A DNA stretch of 64,000 bases, from the NCBI GenBank assembly GCA_963801165.1, contig CAWDDT010000010.1:160001-224000 (forward strand). The letters run 5' to 3'. Below are positions 1 to 9,866 of this stretch, piece by piece. The position numbers and the translations under genes were made by a program. Every line of letters begins with the position of its first letter. The first letter of the stretch is position 1. Source of the stretch: an uncultured bacterium. Lineage in GTDB: Bacteria > Actinomycetota > Acidimicrobiia > Spongiisociales > UBA5794. The notes under the pieces were generated by a model. It worked only from the letters and a program-made list of their open reading frames with translations. It did no database searches and was not told the DNA's origin.

Positions 1-2
1 AA

Positions 3-773
3 CGCGCCGAACACGAGCTACACGATCTCTGGAACGACTTCAAAGAGAACGCCGACCCCGCCGCTCGGGAGGGTCTGATCCTCCACTACTCGGCGCTGGT
101 CAAGTTCGTCGCCGGCAGGCTGAAAGCCGGTCTGCCGCGCAGCGTCGATGCTCAGGATCTTGTCTCGTATGGGACGTTCGGGCTCATCGACGCCATCGAC
201 AAGTTCGAACTCGAGCGCGGCTACAAGTTCGAGACCTACGCCGTCAACCGCATTAAGGGGGCCATCCTCGACGAGCTGCGGGCGCTCGACTGGGTGCCCC
301 GATCGGTGCGCGCCCGCGCCCGAGAGATCCAGCGCAGCCTCGGTGAGTTGGAGCACAAGCTACAACGCAGCCCGAGCGACGAGGAGCTGGCCAGCCACTT
401 AGGGGTGCCCGTCACGGTGTTGCAGGATCGTTTGGGGGAGATCTCAACTCTCGGGATCATGGCGCTCGATGACCTGCTCAATCCCGGCGAGAGGGATTCG
501 TCGACGATGGGTGATCTGCTCGCCGACCCGGCAGCTCCCGACCCGAGCGGATCGTTCGAGCGTCAGGAGACCCGCTATCTGCTGGTAGACGCCATCAACC
601 GCCTCTCAGACCGGGAGCGGCTCGTCGTCACCCTCTACTACTACGAGGGGCTCACGCTTGCTGAGATCGGCAAGGTGCTCAGCGTCACCGAGTCGCGGGT
701 ATGTCAGATCCACACCAAGGCGGTGATGAGCCTGCGCAACCGTCTCATGGAGCCCCCGCCGGCCCGAAACTGA
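3..773 (+). CDS. whiG: FliA/WhiG-family sigma factor (5'-truncated by window edge)
   Basis: Frame is open from base 3: LVKFVAGR...LIDAIDKF...KFETYA...IKGAILDELRALDWVPRSVR, with region 4 LYYYEGLTLAEIGKVLSVTESRVCQIH. Lies upstream of rpsB as in other actinobacteria. Confidence 0.93.
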   Translation, partial: RAEHELHDLWNDFKENADPAAREGLILHYSALVKFVAGRLKAGLPRSVDAQDLVSYGTFGLIDAIDKFELERGYKFETYAVNRIKGAILDELRALDWVPRSVRARAREIQRSLGELEHKLQRSPSDEELASHLGVPVTVLQDRLGEISTLGIMALDDLLNPGERDSSTMGDLLADPAAPDPSGSFERQETRYLLVDAINRLSDRERLVVTLYYYEGLTLAEIGKVLSVTESRVCQIHTKAVMSLRNRLMEPPPARN

Positions 774-788
774 TCGACGCGCCGTGTC

Positions 789-1265
789 TTAGGCGTCGAC
801 GATGTCGCGATAGCGTTCCGCGTAAATGGGCCAGCCGTCATCTGCGGCCAGCGCCTGGCGCATGCCCTCCCAGCCGTCACCGTGGCGGTCGAGATGACGA
901 TGCTCCAGCACCACGCGGGTTGTGCCCTCAGCGGCGGCGAGGAACTGCACCTCGACCTCGCTCGCACGCGCCGGGTCGGTCTGGACCTGCCACTGCGGGC
1001 TGATGTCCCACGCCAGCACGATGGAGTGAGGTGGATCGACAGCCAGAACGCGACCCCACTGGCATATGGAGCCGTCGACACCGCGGTCGTAGAGACGACC
1101 GCCCTGCCACGGTTCGAGAACCGTCTCCGCGATGTCGACGTCGAGCAGGTTGTGCTCTCTTGGCTTGATGCGGTCGAACTCCTGGGTGAAGAGCTGGTAG
1201 GCGCGGGGGACGGGAACTTCGATCGCGATCTCCAGCAGCACAGACGTTTGCTTGTCAATCATCAT
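789..1265 (-). CDS. SRPBCC/AHSA1 (START-like) domain protein
   Basis: GRVLAVDPPHSIVLAW...SEVEVQF...TRVVLEH motifs; overlaps the ArsR stop codon (ATGA). Confidence 0.88.
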   Translation of the reverse strand: MMIDKQTSVLLEIAIEVPVPRAYQLFTQEFDRIKPREHNLLDVDIAETVLEPWQGGRLYDRGVDGSICQWGRVLAVDPPHSIVLAWDISPQWQVQTDPARASEVEVQFLAAAEGTTRVVLEHRHLDRHGDGWEGMRQALAADDGWPIYAERYRDIVDA

Positions 1266-1579
1266 TTGGGACCTTCCTCACCTTGCTCTGCGATGCTCTT
1301 GAGGTTCTCCAGGGCCTGAGACCAGAAACGCTCGAGCTCTCTCTGCATGCGACGGAGACCATCCGGTTGCACCCGGTAGACACGCCGTCTGCCCTCCTTG
1401 CGGGCCGCGACCAGGTTGGCTTCGGCCAGTACCCGGAGGTGTTGCGACACTGCCGGACGGCTTACCGGGAGCCCCGAGGCGATCTCCGCGACCGAACGGG
1501 GACACTCGGCCACCCGTGCCAGGACCTGGCGTCGTGTGGGATCGCCGAGAGCCATCCATGGATCAATGGTTACTTTCAC
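1262..1579 (-). CDS. ArsR/SmtB-family transcriptional regulator
   Basis: ALGDPTRRQVL...SRPAVSQHLRVLAEANLV...EGRRRVY. Start reassigned to GTG 1579, which is leaderless and 7 nt after the TAGCTT -10. Confidence 0.88.
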   Translation of the reverse strand: MKVTIDPWMALGDPTRRQVLARVAECPRSVAEIASGLPVSRPAVSQHLRVLAEANLVAARKEGRRRVYRVQPDGLRRMQRELERFWSQALENLKSIAEQGEEGPK

Positions 1580-1583
1580 AAAC

Positions 1584-1615
1584 CGTAAGCTACCACTTAC
1601 GTATATGGACGACAA
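1584..1615 (-). promoter_or_regulatory. Promoter (TTGTCG-17-TAGCTT) with overlapping inverted-repeat operator CGTAAG-N6-CTTACG (1584-1601)
   Basis: Palindrome seen directly; it overlaps the -10 element of the arsR-SRPBCC operon. Confidence 0.65.
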
Positions 1616-1703
1616 CATCTGGTGAGGGGCACGGTTACGGGCATACCGAGAGTCAGACGCTGTCCCTCGAGCCACGGGAGTAGCCGTATTTCCCGAGTCC
1701 CGG

Positions 1704-1812
1704 TACACTCACGGCCCTACTACGCACGACCACTGCAAACCTCCAGGGTCGGGGAATTCCCCGGGGAGGCTCGACGGTGTCGGCAACATTGCCGTCGCAG
1801 GGTGGTCGGAGG
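1704..1812 (+). promoter_or_regulatory. rpsB promoter -10 (TACACT) and putative structured S2 autoregulatory leader
   Basis: CGACCAC (1727-1733) pairs with GTGGTCG (1802-1808), followed by GAGG. Position and architecture resemble known rpsB leaders. Confidence 0.45.
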
Positions 1813-1835
1813 AACCAACCAAACAGGAGGATCGC

Positions 1836-2603
1836 ATGGCAGTGACTATGCGCGAGCTGCTCGAAGCCGGTGTCCAATTCGGCCATCAGACCCGTCGCTG
1901 GAACCCGAAAATGCGCCCGTATATCTTCACCGAGCGCAACGGCAACCACATCGTCGATCTGCGGCTGACGGTTTCCCAGATCGAGCAGGCCGTCAAGCGT
2001 GTGGAAGACATCACGGCCGGTGGAGGCGCGGTGCTGTTCGTCGGCACCAAGAAACAAGCACAGCAGGCCATCGAGCAGGCAGCCAAGAACTGCGGCATGC
2101 CTTATGTGAACCAGCGTTGGCTGGGCGGCATGCTCACCAATTTCCAGACCATCCACCGGCGCATCATGTACATGCGAGAGCTGGAGCGGATGGACAGCTC
2201 CGGCGAGATGGATGTGCTGCCCAAGAAGGAGCGGCTGCGTCTCCGGCGCGAGCTGGTCAAGCTCCAGACGGTGCTCGGCGGGGTGCGCGACATGCACAGC
2301 GTGCCGGAGGTCGTGTTCATCATCGACATCAACGAGGAGCACATCGCGGTCGCCGAGGCGGCCCGGCTTGCCATCCCGATCATCGCCGTTGTCGACACGA
2401 ACTGCGACCCGGACCTCATCGATATGGTGATTCCCGGCAACGACGATGCGATCCGAGCAGCGTTCCTGCTGTCGAACGCTATGGCGGACGCGGCCAACCG
2501 GGGCCAGGAGACCTACCACGCCGGCCGCAAAGACAAAGAGTCCGACAAACCCGCGAAGACAGCACCGGCCGCCGAAGCCGGAGACACAGAGCCCAAGGAG
2601 TAG
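1836..2603 (+). CDS. rpsB: 30S ribosomal protein S2
   Basis: [45 protein letters not shown]. Confidence 0.99.
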   Translation: MAVTMRELLEAGVQFGHQTRRWNPKMRPYIFTERNGNHIVDLRLTVSQIEQAVKRVEDITAGGGAVLFVGTKKQAQQAIEQAAKNCGMPYVNQRWLGGMLTNFQTIHRRIMYMRELERMDSSGEMDVLPKKERLRLRRELVKLQTVLGGVRDMHSVPEVVFIIDINEEHIAVAEAARLAIPIIAVVDTNCDPDLIDMVIPGNDDAIRAAFLLSNAMADAANRGQETYHAGRKDKESDKPAKTAPAAEAGDTEPKE

Positions 2604-2609
2604 CGAGCA

Positions 2610-3230
2610 ATGGCCAACATCACAGCCAAGGACATCCAGGCGCTCCGGCTGGAGACGGGCACCGGCATGATGGATGCAAAGCGGGCCTTGCAGGACGCCG
2701 CCGGCGACGTCGACAAGGCAAAAGACCTGCTCCGGGAGCGAGGCCTGGCTTCCGCAGCCAAACGCGCCGAGCGGACCCAGACGGAGGGCATCATCGGCTC
2801 CTATCTGCACATGCAGTCGGGCCGCCCGGTCATCGGGGTCATCGTCGAGCTTGCCTGCGAGACCGACTTCGTGGCAAAGACCGACGGCTTCCGCGACACC
2901 GCAGACGACATCGCGATGCACATCGCGGCGGCCCGCCCCGGCTGGCTCAACCGTGACGACGTCCCGCCCGAGATCATCGAGCACGAGAAGAACATCATCG
3001 AGGCGCAGGCGCGCGGCGAAGGGAAGCCCGACAACATCATCGACAGGATCGTCGACGGTCGGCTCAACTCCTTCTACAAGGAGAACGTCCTCAACGATCA
3101 GGTGTTCGTCAAGACCGAGAAGTTCGACGGGACCATCGGGGACATGGTGAAGGGTCTCGCCGCTTCGCTCGGCGAGAACATCTCCATCACGCGTTTCGAG
3201 CGGATCCAGGTCGGCGAGTCATCAGAGTGA
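2610..3230 (+). CDS. tsf: Elongation factor Ts (short 206-aa form)
   Basis: [43 protein letters not shown]. Confidence 0.98.
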   Translation: MANITAKDIQALRLETGTGMMDAKRALQDAAGDVDKAKDLLRERGLASAAKRAERTQTEGIIGSYLHMQSGRPVIGVIVELACETDFVAKTDGFRDTADDIAMHIAAARPGWLNRDDVPPEIIEHEKNIIEAQARGEGKPDNIIDRIVDGRLNSFYKENVLNDQVFVKTEKFDGTIGDMVKGLAASLGENISITRFERIQVGESSE

Positions 3231-3234
3231 TGGC

Positions 3235-3936
3235 ATGCGACGCGTCGTCCTGAAACTCTCCGGCGAGGCCTTCGCCGACCAGGAGCTCAAATACGGCATC
3301 GATCCGGTCACCGTTGACCGGGTCGCCGCCGAGATCGCCCAGGTTGCCGGCGAGGGCTATCAGATCGCGGTTGTCGTTGGTGGCGGCAACATCTTCCGAG
3401 GGGTCAGCTCTACGGCCAAAGGCATGGACAGAGCCAGCGCCGACTACATGGGCATGCTGGCGACGGTCATCAACGCTCTCGCGCTACGGGAAGCACTCGA
3501 GAAGGCGGGAGCACCCACCAGGGTACAGAGCGCCATCACGATCCAGGAGGTGGCCGAGCCCTACATCCGGCTCCGAGCGATCCGCCACCTGGAGAAGAAT
3601 CGGGTCGTGATCTTCGCCGCAGGGACGGGAAACCCGTTCTTCACCACCGACACTACGGCCGCTCTCCGGGCAGCGGAAGTCGGTGCCGAGATCGTGCTCA
3701 AGGCCACCCGGGTCGACGGGGTCTTCAGCGCCGATCCGGAGAAGAACGATGACGCCGAGCTCTACGAGGACCTCACCTACATGGAGGTCATCAACCGGCA
3801 ACTCCGGGTGATGGACTCGACTGCCATTACGATGTGCATGGAGAACGACATACCGATACGGGTTTTCAACCTGACCAAAGCAGGGAACATCGTCTCGGCC
3901 GTTAGAGGAGAAACGATCGGGACTCGAGTCCATTGA
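3235..3936 (+). CDS. pyrH: UMP kinase
   Basis: [27 protein letters not shown]. Confidence 0.99.
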   Translation: MRRVVLKLSGEAFADQELKYGIDPVTVDRVAAEIAQVAGEGYQIAVVVGGGNIFRGVSSTAKGMDRASADYMGMLATVINALALREALEKAGAPTRVQSAITIQEVAEPYIRLRAIRHLEKNRVVIFAAGTGNPFFTTDTTAALRAAEVGAEIVLKATRVDGVFSADPEKNDDAELYEDLTYMEVINRQLRVMDSTAITMCMENDIPIRVFNLTKAGNIVSAVRGETIGTRVH

Positions 3937-3945
3937 GGTGAAGCT

Positions 3946-4497
3946 GTGATCGACGAGCTGTTGGCAGAGGCAAAGAGCAGGATGGACCACGCTATCGAAC
4001 ACACCGTTGGCGAGTTCGGAACGGTGCGGACGGGCAGGGCCAATCCAGGTTTGTTGCACCGGATCACCGTCGACTACTACGGCACGCAGACCCCGCTCCA
4101 GCAGATCGCCGGCTTCAGTGTCCCCGAGGCGAGGATGCTGCTGGTCCAACCGTACGACAAGTCATCGATCAACGCCATCGAGAAGGCGATCATGAAGGCC
4201 GACCTGGGGCTCAACCCGTCAAATGATGGCAACATCATCCGGCTCGTGTTCCCGCAGCTCACAGAGGAGCGGCGCCGTGATCTGATCCGGGTGGTCCGCC
4301 AGCTCGCCGAGGACGGCCGGATCGCGGTTCGCAACGTGCGGCGGCACGTCAAGGACGGCATCGAGGCGCTCGAGGGTGATGTCTCCGAGGACGACGTGCG
4401 ACGCGCCGAGAAAGAGCTCCAAGAGATGACGGATACCCACGTCCAGAAGATCGACGAGCTTCTCGAAAAGAAGGAAGAAGAGCTTCTCGAGGTCTGA
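3946..4497 (+). CDS. frr: Ribosome recycling factor
   Basis: VRTGRANP, VDYYG, LGLNPSNDG, LTEERR. Confidence 0.99.
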   Translation: MIDELLAEAKSRMDHAIEHTVGEFGTVRTGRANPGLLHRITVDYYGTQTPLQQIAGFSVPEARMLLVQPYDKSSINAIEKAIMKADLGLNPSNDGNIIRLVFPQLTEERRRDLIRVVRQLAEDGRIAVRNVRRHVKDGIEALEGDVSEDDVRRAEKELQEMTDTHVQKIDELLEKKEEELLEV

Positions 4498-4531
4498 GAC
4501 CGGTTGAGAGCCACCGAGTAGAGGAGACCAT

Positions 4532-6151
4532 GTGAGCCATCGCGACGGTGACGGGGGCGATGTTCCTGAATCCGGTGATGAGGAGTTCTCGGCGGAGGAC
4601 GAGTTCCGTAGGTGGGCAGAGGAAACCGGGGCAGGTCCCGACGAGGAGCCCGGTGGTCGCCAGAGTTGGGCCGCCCGTATCTTCGGCCGCAGGGACAAGA
4701 CCGAGGAGCCAGCCGCCGTGGATGACCTCGAGCCCGCTCCGGAGCCCGAGCCCGATCTAGGGCCCAGCCCCGCTGACCTCGAGGATACCGGGCCGGAACA
4801 ACTCGGAGTGTTTCCTATCATCCGCGCGGGCGATACGCCACCTTTCGAGCTACACGCAGTGGGATCTCCCGACGACACCGCCACCGAGCCGGAATCCGGC
4901 GCAGGAGCAGATGACAGCAAAGACGATGTCGCCGCAACCGAGCCGACTCCGGAATACGTCGCGGCAGGCCAGGAGCCGGTGACAGAAAGCGCGGTACCGG
5001 AGCCCGGTACGGCGGCCGTACCCGAGCGCGACGAGGACGACCAACCGGTGAGCACGGGGGCACCAGCGACTGGAAGCGCCGATTTTGCCCGGCTGTGGGG
5101 TGGGCACGCAGAAGGGGATCCCGGCGAGCGGGGCGACGACGTGGCCGAGTTCACCAACGAGGACTACCTGGCCGCCACGACACGGGAATACGCCGGTCTT
5201 GCCGAGGCTGTGGCACGCGCCGAGGAAGAGGGGACGCAACAGATCGCCGTATCTGCCGGGATCCGCGGTCTCGAGACCGGGCTCGTCGGTCTCGACGATA
5301 TGGTCGACGCCGCAGGTGGTGCTGCCTCTGCGGACGTAATCGAGCCGCCGTCGGGTTCGGAGCTCTCGATCCGGGTTCTCACCGCGACGGGGCTCGTCGT
5401 CTTGTTTGCCGCATCGCTGCTGTCGCCGTACGGAATCGGTGCTTTGATCTTCGTGGTCCTCGGCATCGCCGCAGGAGAGATGTTTGCGGCCTTCATTCGC
5501 GGCGGGTACCGGCCGCTCTCGATCTTCGGTTTCCTGGGCATAGCCGGGGCCTTTGCCGGAACCTGGGCGGCAGGACCGGTGGCGGTACCGGTTGCGTTGC
5601 TGATAACCACCGTCGCCGTCTTCTTGTTCTATGCCACGGTGCCGGGACGCCGGGCCGCCGTTGAGAACGCGGCGTTGACCGTGCTCGTGACGGCGTGGAT
5701 CGGGGGCGCAGGCGCCTTTGCCTTCGATCTGCTCGGCTCCGAGGACTACGTGTGGCTCGTCCTCGCCCTCGTGGTGACGGTGGCGGCGATGGACATCGCC
5801 CAGTTCTTCATCGGACGCCGGATCGGTCGCAGACCGTTGGCGCCGGTTGTCTCACCAAAGAAGACGGTCGAGGGCTACGTGGCGGGGGTTGTCGTTGCGA
5901 TCGCATTCGGGGCCGCGTTTGCCTGGGCTCCTCCTTTCGAGCTCAGCGACGGCTTGTTGATCGGAGTGATTGTCGCCGCTATCGGCCCGCTGGGTGACCT
6001 CGCCGTCTCGGTGCTGAAACGCGCGCTCGGCGTCAAGGACATGGGCTACATCCTGCCCGGGCACGGCGGTGTGCTCGACCGGGTCGATGCCATGATCTTC
6101 ACGATCCCTGCGCTTTGGATCGCCTACTCGTGGATGGGGCTGCTCAACTGA
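4532..6151 (+). CDS. cdsA: Phosphatidate cytidylyltransferase with long acidic N-terminal extension
   Basis: C-terminal SPKKTVEG, GDLAVSVLKR...KDMGYILPGHGGVLDRVD; syntenic between frr and dxr. Confidence 0.93.
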   Translation: MSHRDGDGGDVPESGDEEFSAEDEFRRWAEETGAGPDEEPGGRQSWAARIFGRRDKTEEPAAVDDLEPAPEPEPDLGPSPADLEDTGPEQLGVFPIIRAGDTPPFELHAVGSPDDTATEPESGAGADDSKDDVAATEPTPEYVAAGQEPVTESAVPEPGTAAVPERDEDDQPVSTGAPATGSADFARLWGGHAEGDPGERGDDVAEFTNEDYLAATTREYAGLAEAVARAEEEGTQQIAVSAGIRGLETGLVGLDDMVDAAGGAASADVIEPPSGSELSIRVLTATGLVVLFAASLLSPYGIGALIFVVLGIAAGEMFAAFIRGGYRPLSIFGFLGIAGAFAGTWAAGPVAVPVALLITTVAVFLFYATVPGRRAAVENAALTVLVTAWIGGAGAFAFDLLGSEDYVWLVLALVVTVAAMDIAQFFIGRRIGRRPLAPVVSPKKTVEGYVAGVVVAIAFGAAFAWAPPFELSDGLLIGVIVAAIGPLGDLAVSVLKRALGVKDMGYILPGHGGVLDRVDAMIFTIPALWIAYSWMGLLN

Positions 6152-7299
6152 ATCCGCTCTGCATACTCGGGGTCACCGGATCGATCGGGACCCAGGCTCG
6201 TGAGGTGGCCGCCCATCTAGGCATACCGGTCACCGGCATCGCGGCAGGTCGTGGCTCGAGCGATCTCGTCGCCGCAGCGCGGGAACTGCCCGGGGCAAGG
6301 GTGGTCGCCGTTCATCCCACCAATGAGGAGGCCGAGCGTCTCACCGACCTGCTCGGCCCCAGGGTGGCATTCGGCGCCGAAGCGCTGCTCGAACTGGCCG
6401 GTACCGCCAACACCACTGTGGTCAACGGGGTCGTCGGCGCTGCCGGTCTGGCGCCGACGGTCGCGGCACTTGAGGCCGGCAACCGCGTGGCGCTGGCCAA
6501 CAAGGAGAGCCTGGTGGCGGGTGGCCCGGTCGTGGTCGAGGCGGCAACCCGGAGCACCGGAGAGATAATCCCGGTCGACAGCGAGCATTCGGCGCTGTGG
6601 CAGTGTCTCGTCGGCGAGACTGCGGAGTCGGTTCGCAGGTTGATCGTCACCGCATCCGGGGGACCGTTTCGGGGTATGAGCGCAGGCGATCTGGAGAACG
6701 TGACCGTAGCCCAGGCGCTTGCTCATCCCACATGGTCGATGGGTCCCAGGATCACTATCGACTCGGCGACCCTGATGAACAAGGCTTTCGAGGTCATCGA
6801 AGCCCACTACCTGTATGCGATTCCCTACGACCGCATCGACGTCGTAGTCCACCCGCAGAGCATCGTCCATTCCCTGGTGGAGTTCGTCGACGGGACCCTC
6901 AAGGCCGAGTTGGGTGATCCCGACATGCGTGTGCCGATCCAGTATGCGATCACCTATCCGGAGCGCCAACCGGCGCAGCTGGAACCGTTCGACCTGACCA
7001 GGGCCCCGCTCGTTTTCGAGCCACCGGACCGCAAGGTCTTCACCTGTCTCGAGCTGGGCTACGAAGCGGGTCGGGTAGGGCGGTCGGCCACCGCGGTCTT
7101 GAATGCGGCCGACGAGGTCGCGGTTGCCGCGTTCCTGGCCGGCCAGATCCCCTTCCCTGCCATTGCCGAGGTGGTGGCGTCGACTCTCGCTCAGATACCG
7201 GTTATCGATCCACGCTCGGTGGCCGATGTTCTTGCGATAGACGGAGAGGCACGGCGGGTCGCCGCACAGTTCGTCACGCTAAGCAGCGGGGACGGTTAG
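6148..7299 (+). CDS. dxr: 1-deoxy-D-xylulose-5-phosphate reductoisomerase (start uncertain: CTG 6148, GTG 6130 or TTG 6115)
   Basis: ILGVTGSIG, LANKESLV, PVDSEHSA, ASGGPF, HPTWSMG, NKAFEVIEA. Confidence 0.96.
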   Translation: MNPLCILGVTGSIGTQAREVAAHLGIPVTGIAAGRGSSDLVAAARELPGARVVAVHPTNEEAERLTDLLGPRVAFGAEALLELAGTANTTVVNGVVGAAGLAPTVAALEAGNRVALANKESLVAGGPVVVEAATRSTGEIIPVDSEHSALWQCLVGETAESVRRLIVTASGGPFRGMSAGDLENVTVAQALAHPTWSMGPRITIDSATLMNKAFEVIEAHYLYAIPYDRIDVVVHPQSIVHSLVEFVDGTLKAELGDPDMRVPIQYAITYPERQPAQLEPFDLTRAPLVFEPPDRKVFTCLELGYEAGRVGRSATAVLNAADEVAVAAFLAGQIPFPAIAEVVASTLAQIPVIDPRSVADVLAIDGEARRVAAQFVTLSSGDG

Positions 7300-7302
7300 C
7301 GT

Positions 7303-7348
7303 GAACCCTCCGTAGGACTTGGACAGAACCTCTGTAGGGCTTGGACAG
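7303..7348 (+). repeat. Imperfect tandem duplication of a 23-24-bp unit in the dxr-rseP spacer
   Basis: GAACCCTCCGTAGGACTTGGACAG / GAACCTCTGTAGGGCTTGGACAG. Confidence 0.8.
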
Positions 7349-7353
7349 GAGCA

Positions 7354-8622
7354 ATGGGACCGATAGTCGTCATCGTCGGCATAATCCTGATGGTCGTTAT
7401 CCATGAGTTGGGCCATTTCGTCGCGGCCAAGGTCTTCGGCATGAAGGCGACCGAGGCGTTCTTCGGGTTTGGCCCACGTATCTGGTCGACGCAGCGGGGT
7501 GAGACCGAATACGGGATAAAGGCGATCCCGCTCGGTGGGTATGTCCGCATCGTTGGGATGAACCCCTTCGAGGAGGTCCCGCCGGAGGAGGAGCATCGCA
7601 CCTATCGCGGCAAGCCGTTCGGCCAGAAGGCTGTCGTTGTGCTCGCCGGTGTCTTCAGCAATTTCGTCATCGGCTTCATCCTCTTCTACGTAGTCGCCGT
7701 CACCTGGAACATGGTTGAGGCGACTACCCAGGTAGCGGAGGTCTCCGAGGTGCTGGTTACGACGAGCGGTGCCGGGGACGAGATGCCTTTGGCCCTCGAA
7801 GACGGCGATCATGTGGTGTCGGTTGACGGTGTGCCCCTCGGCGAGCTGGGGACGACAGCGACCAAGCCTCCCAATAAGGTCGTCCCGGTTGTGGTCGATC
7901 GCGGCGGCGCGCAGATCACGCTCGAGACGAACGACAATGTCGTCGCTACCCCGGCCTACCTGATGGGGGTGAGATCGGGCGATGTCTTGCAGAGTGTCGA
8001 TGGCATCGTGATCCGGGACTGGGACCATTTCGTAGAGTTGGCGAAGGAGAGACCCGGCGTCGCAACAGAGATCACGTGGGAGCGCAACGGCCAGGTGATG
8101 AGCGGCACCGCGGTGCTTGCGGAGAGACAAATCGCTGGTGAGACAACCGGGTTTGTTGGTGTTGGCCCCGAGGGTGTCGAAGTCAACATCGGCCCCATCG
8201 CCGGTATCAAGAGGGCCGCCGGTGACCTCGCCGAAACAACGTGGCTGTCTCTCGACGGGCTGTGGACGATGGTGCGCCGGACCCCGCAGCTTCTCAGCGC
8301 CGCGGTCGGCCAGAACGCTGCCGTGCTCGGAGAAGCGCGTCCGGTGAGCGTCATCGGCATCGCCCGAGTGGCGACCGGGATGCAAACCGCCCTATTTCTG
8401 ATGGCGTATGTCAGCGTCTTTGTGGGCACCCTCAACGTGATCCCGCTCTACCCGCTCGACGGCGGTCACTTCGCTGTCGCTCTCTACGAGAAGATCCGTG
8501 GGCGTCAGGCCGACGTGAGACGGTTGATCCCGGTAGCGGCCGCTGTGATCATCTTCATCATGTTGCTCGGTGTTCTCGGCATCTATTTCGACATCGTCGA
8601 CCCGATTCCCGTGCCTCGGTGA
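7354..8622 (+). CDS. rseP: RIP/M50 site-2 zinc metalloprotease with PDZ domains
   Basis: HELGH, IPLGGYV, NVIPLYPLDGG. Confidence 0.95.
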   Translation: MGPIVVIVGIILMVVIHELGHFVAAKVFGMKATEAFFGFGPRIWSTQRGETEYGIKAIPLGGYVRIVGMNPFEEVPPEEEHRTYRGKPFGQKAVVVLAGVFSNFVIGFILFYVVAVTWNMVEATTQVAEVSEVLVTTSGAGDEMPLALEDGDHVVSVDGVPLGELGTTATKPPNKVVPVVVDRGGAQITLETNDNVVATPAYLMGVRSGDVLQSVDGIVIRDWDHFVELAKERPGVATEITWERNGQVMSGTAVLAERQIAGETTGFVGVGPEGVEVNIGPIAGIKRAAGDLAETTWLSLDGLWTMVRRTPQLLSAAVGQNAAVLGEARPVSVIGIARVATGMQTALFLMAYVSVFVGTLNVIPLYPLDGGHFAVALYEKIRGRQADVRRLIPVAAAVIIFIMLLGVLGIYFDIVDPIPVPR

Positions 8623-8657
8623 CGCACCCGGGTTTGGCCGATAGCATGGGAGGGATC

Positions 8658-9866
8658 ATGAGCACCACACGCCGCGCCTCGCGGCTTCTTCACGTTGGCA
8701 ACGTTCCGGTGGGCGGAGACAGCCCGATCACGGTTCAGTCGATGACGACGACCAAGACCGCGGATGTCGATGGGACGCTAGCCCAGGTCTACGCACTGTC
8801 CGGTGGCGGTGCCGATATTGTGCGTATCACCTGCAACGATGTTGCCGCCGCTCAGGGTCTTGCCGAGATCATTCCCCGCTCGCCGGTTCCCATAATCGCC
8901 GACATTCACTTCCAGTACCGGTTGGCCCTGGCGGCTATCGAAGCGGGAGTTGCCGGGCTCCGCCTCAATCCCGGCAACATCCGCAAGGAAGCGCACATCA
9001 AGGCCGTTGCCCGGGCGGCCGGGGAGGCCGGGATCCCTATTCGCGTAGGCGTCAACGCCGGTTCGCTCGACAAGGATCTGCTCGACAAGTACGGAGGACC
9101 CGTACCCCGGGCGCTCGTGGATTCGGCTCTCAAGGAGATCAAATACCTGGAGGACGTCGAATTCCACGACATCAAGATCTCGGTGAAGCATTCCGACGTC
9201 CCCTCGATGATCGAGGCGTACCGCATCCTCGCCGACGAGGTCGAGTACCCGTTGCACCTAGGCGTCACCGAAGCCGGCCCTCCTCCGTCCGGATTGATCA
9301 AGTCGGTGGCCGGGATCTCGACACTCCTCATGGAGGGGATAGGCGACACGATCCGGTTCTCGCTCACCGCCGATCCGGTGGAGGAGGCCAAGGCCGGCCG
9401 CAAGCTGCTCGAGATCCTGGGGCTCCGGGAGCGCAAGGGCCTCGACCTCATCGCGTGCCCCTCCTGCGGTCGCGCCGAGGTGGATGTCATTGACGTCGTC
9501 AGGCGGGCCGAGGCCGTGCTCGAAGCTGAGCGGCTGCCGATCCAGGTGGCGGTCATGGGCTGTGTCGTCAACGGGCCCGGGGAGGCTAGGGAGGCCGACA
9601 TCGGCATCGCTGCGGGCAACAAGAAGGGCCACTTGTTCATCAAGGGTCAGGTAGTCAGGGTCGTCAAGGAAAGCGAGATGGTCGAGGCGCTGCTCGATGA
9701 AGCGCGCAAGCTGGCCGCCGAGGGGTTCGAGGCACGTCTTGCTGCGGCCGACGTGACCGCGGCAGACCTCGCCGCCGAGGAGGCGATCGAGCTACGCACC
9801 CTTCGGGGAGACGCCAACCAGGTGGCCGCGCGCCGTGCCGCCATCGCCGAGATCACAGGCGAGTGA
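8658..9866 (+). CDS. ispG: 4-hydroxy-3-methylbut-2-en-1-yl diphosphate synthase
   Basis: VQSMTTT, ADIHF, RLNPGN, LHLGVTEAG, ACPSCGR, MGCVVNGPGE. Confidence 0.98.
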   Translation: MSTTRRASRLLHVGNVPVGGDSPITVQSMTTTKTADVDGTLAQVYALSGGGADIVRITCNDVAAAQGLAEIIPRSPVPIIADIHFQYRLALAAIEAGVAGLRLNPGNIRKEAHIKAVARAAGEAGIPIRVGVNAGSLDKDLLDKYGGPVPRALVDSALKEIKYLEDVEFHDIKISVKHSDVPSMIEAYRILADEVEYPLHLGVTEAGPPPSGLIKSVAGISTLLMEGIGDTIRFSLTADPVEEAKAGRKLLEILGLRERKGLDLIACPSCGRAEVDVIDVVRRAEAVLEAERLPIQVAVMGCVVNGPGEAREADIGIAAGNKKGHLFIKGQVVRVVKESEMVEALLDEARKLAAEGFEARLAAADVTAADLAAEEAIELRTLRGDANQVAARRAAIAEITGE

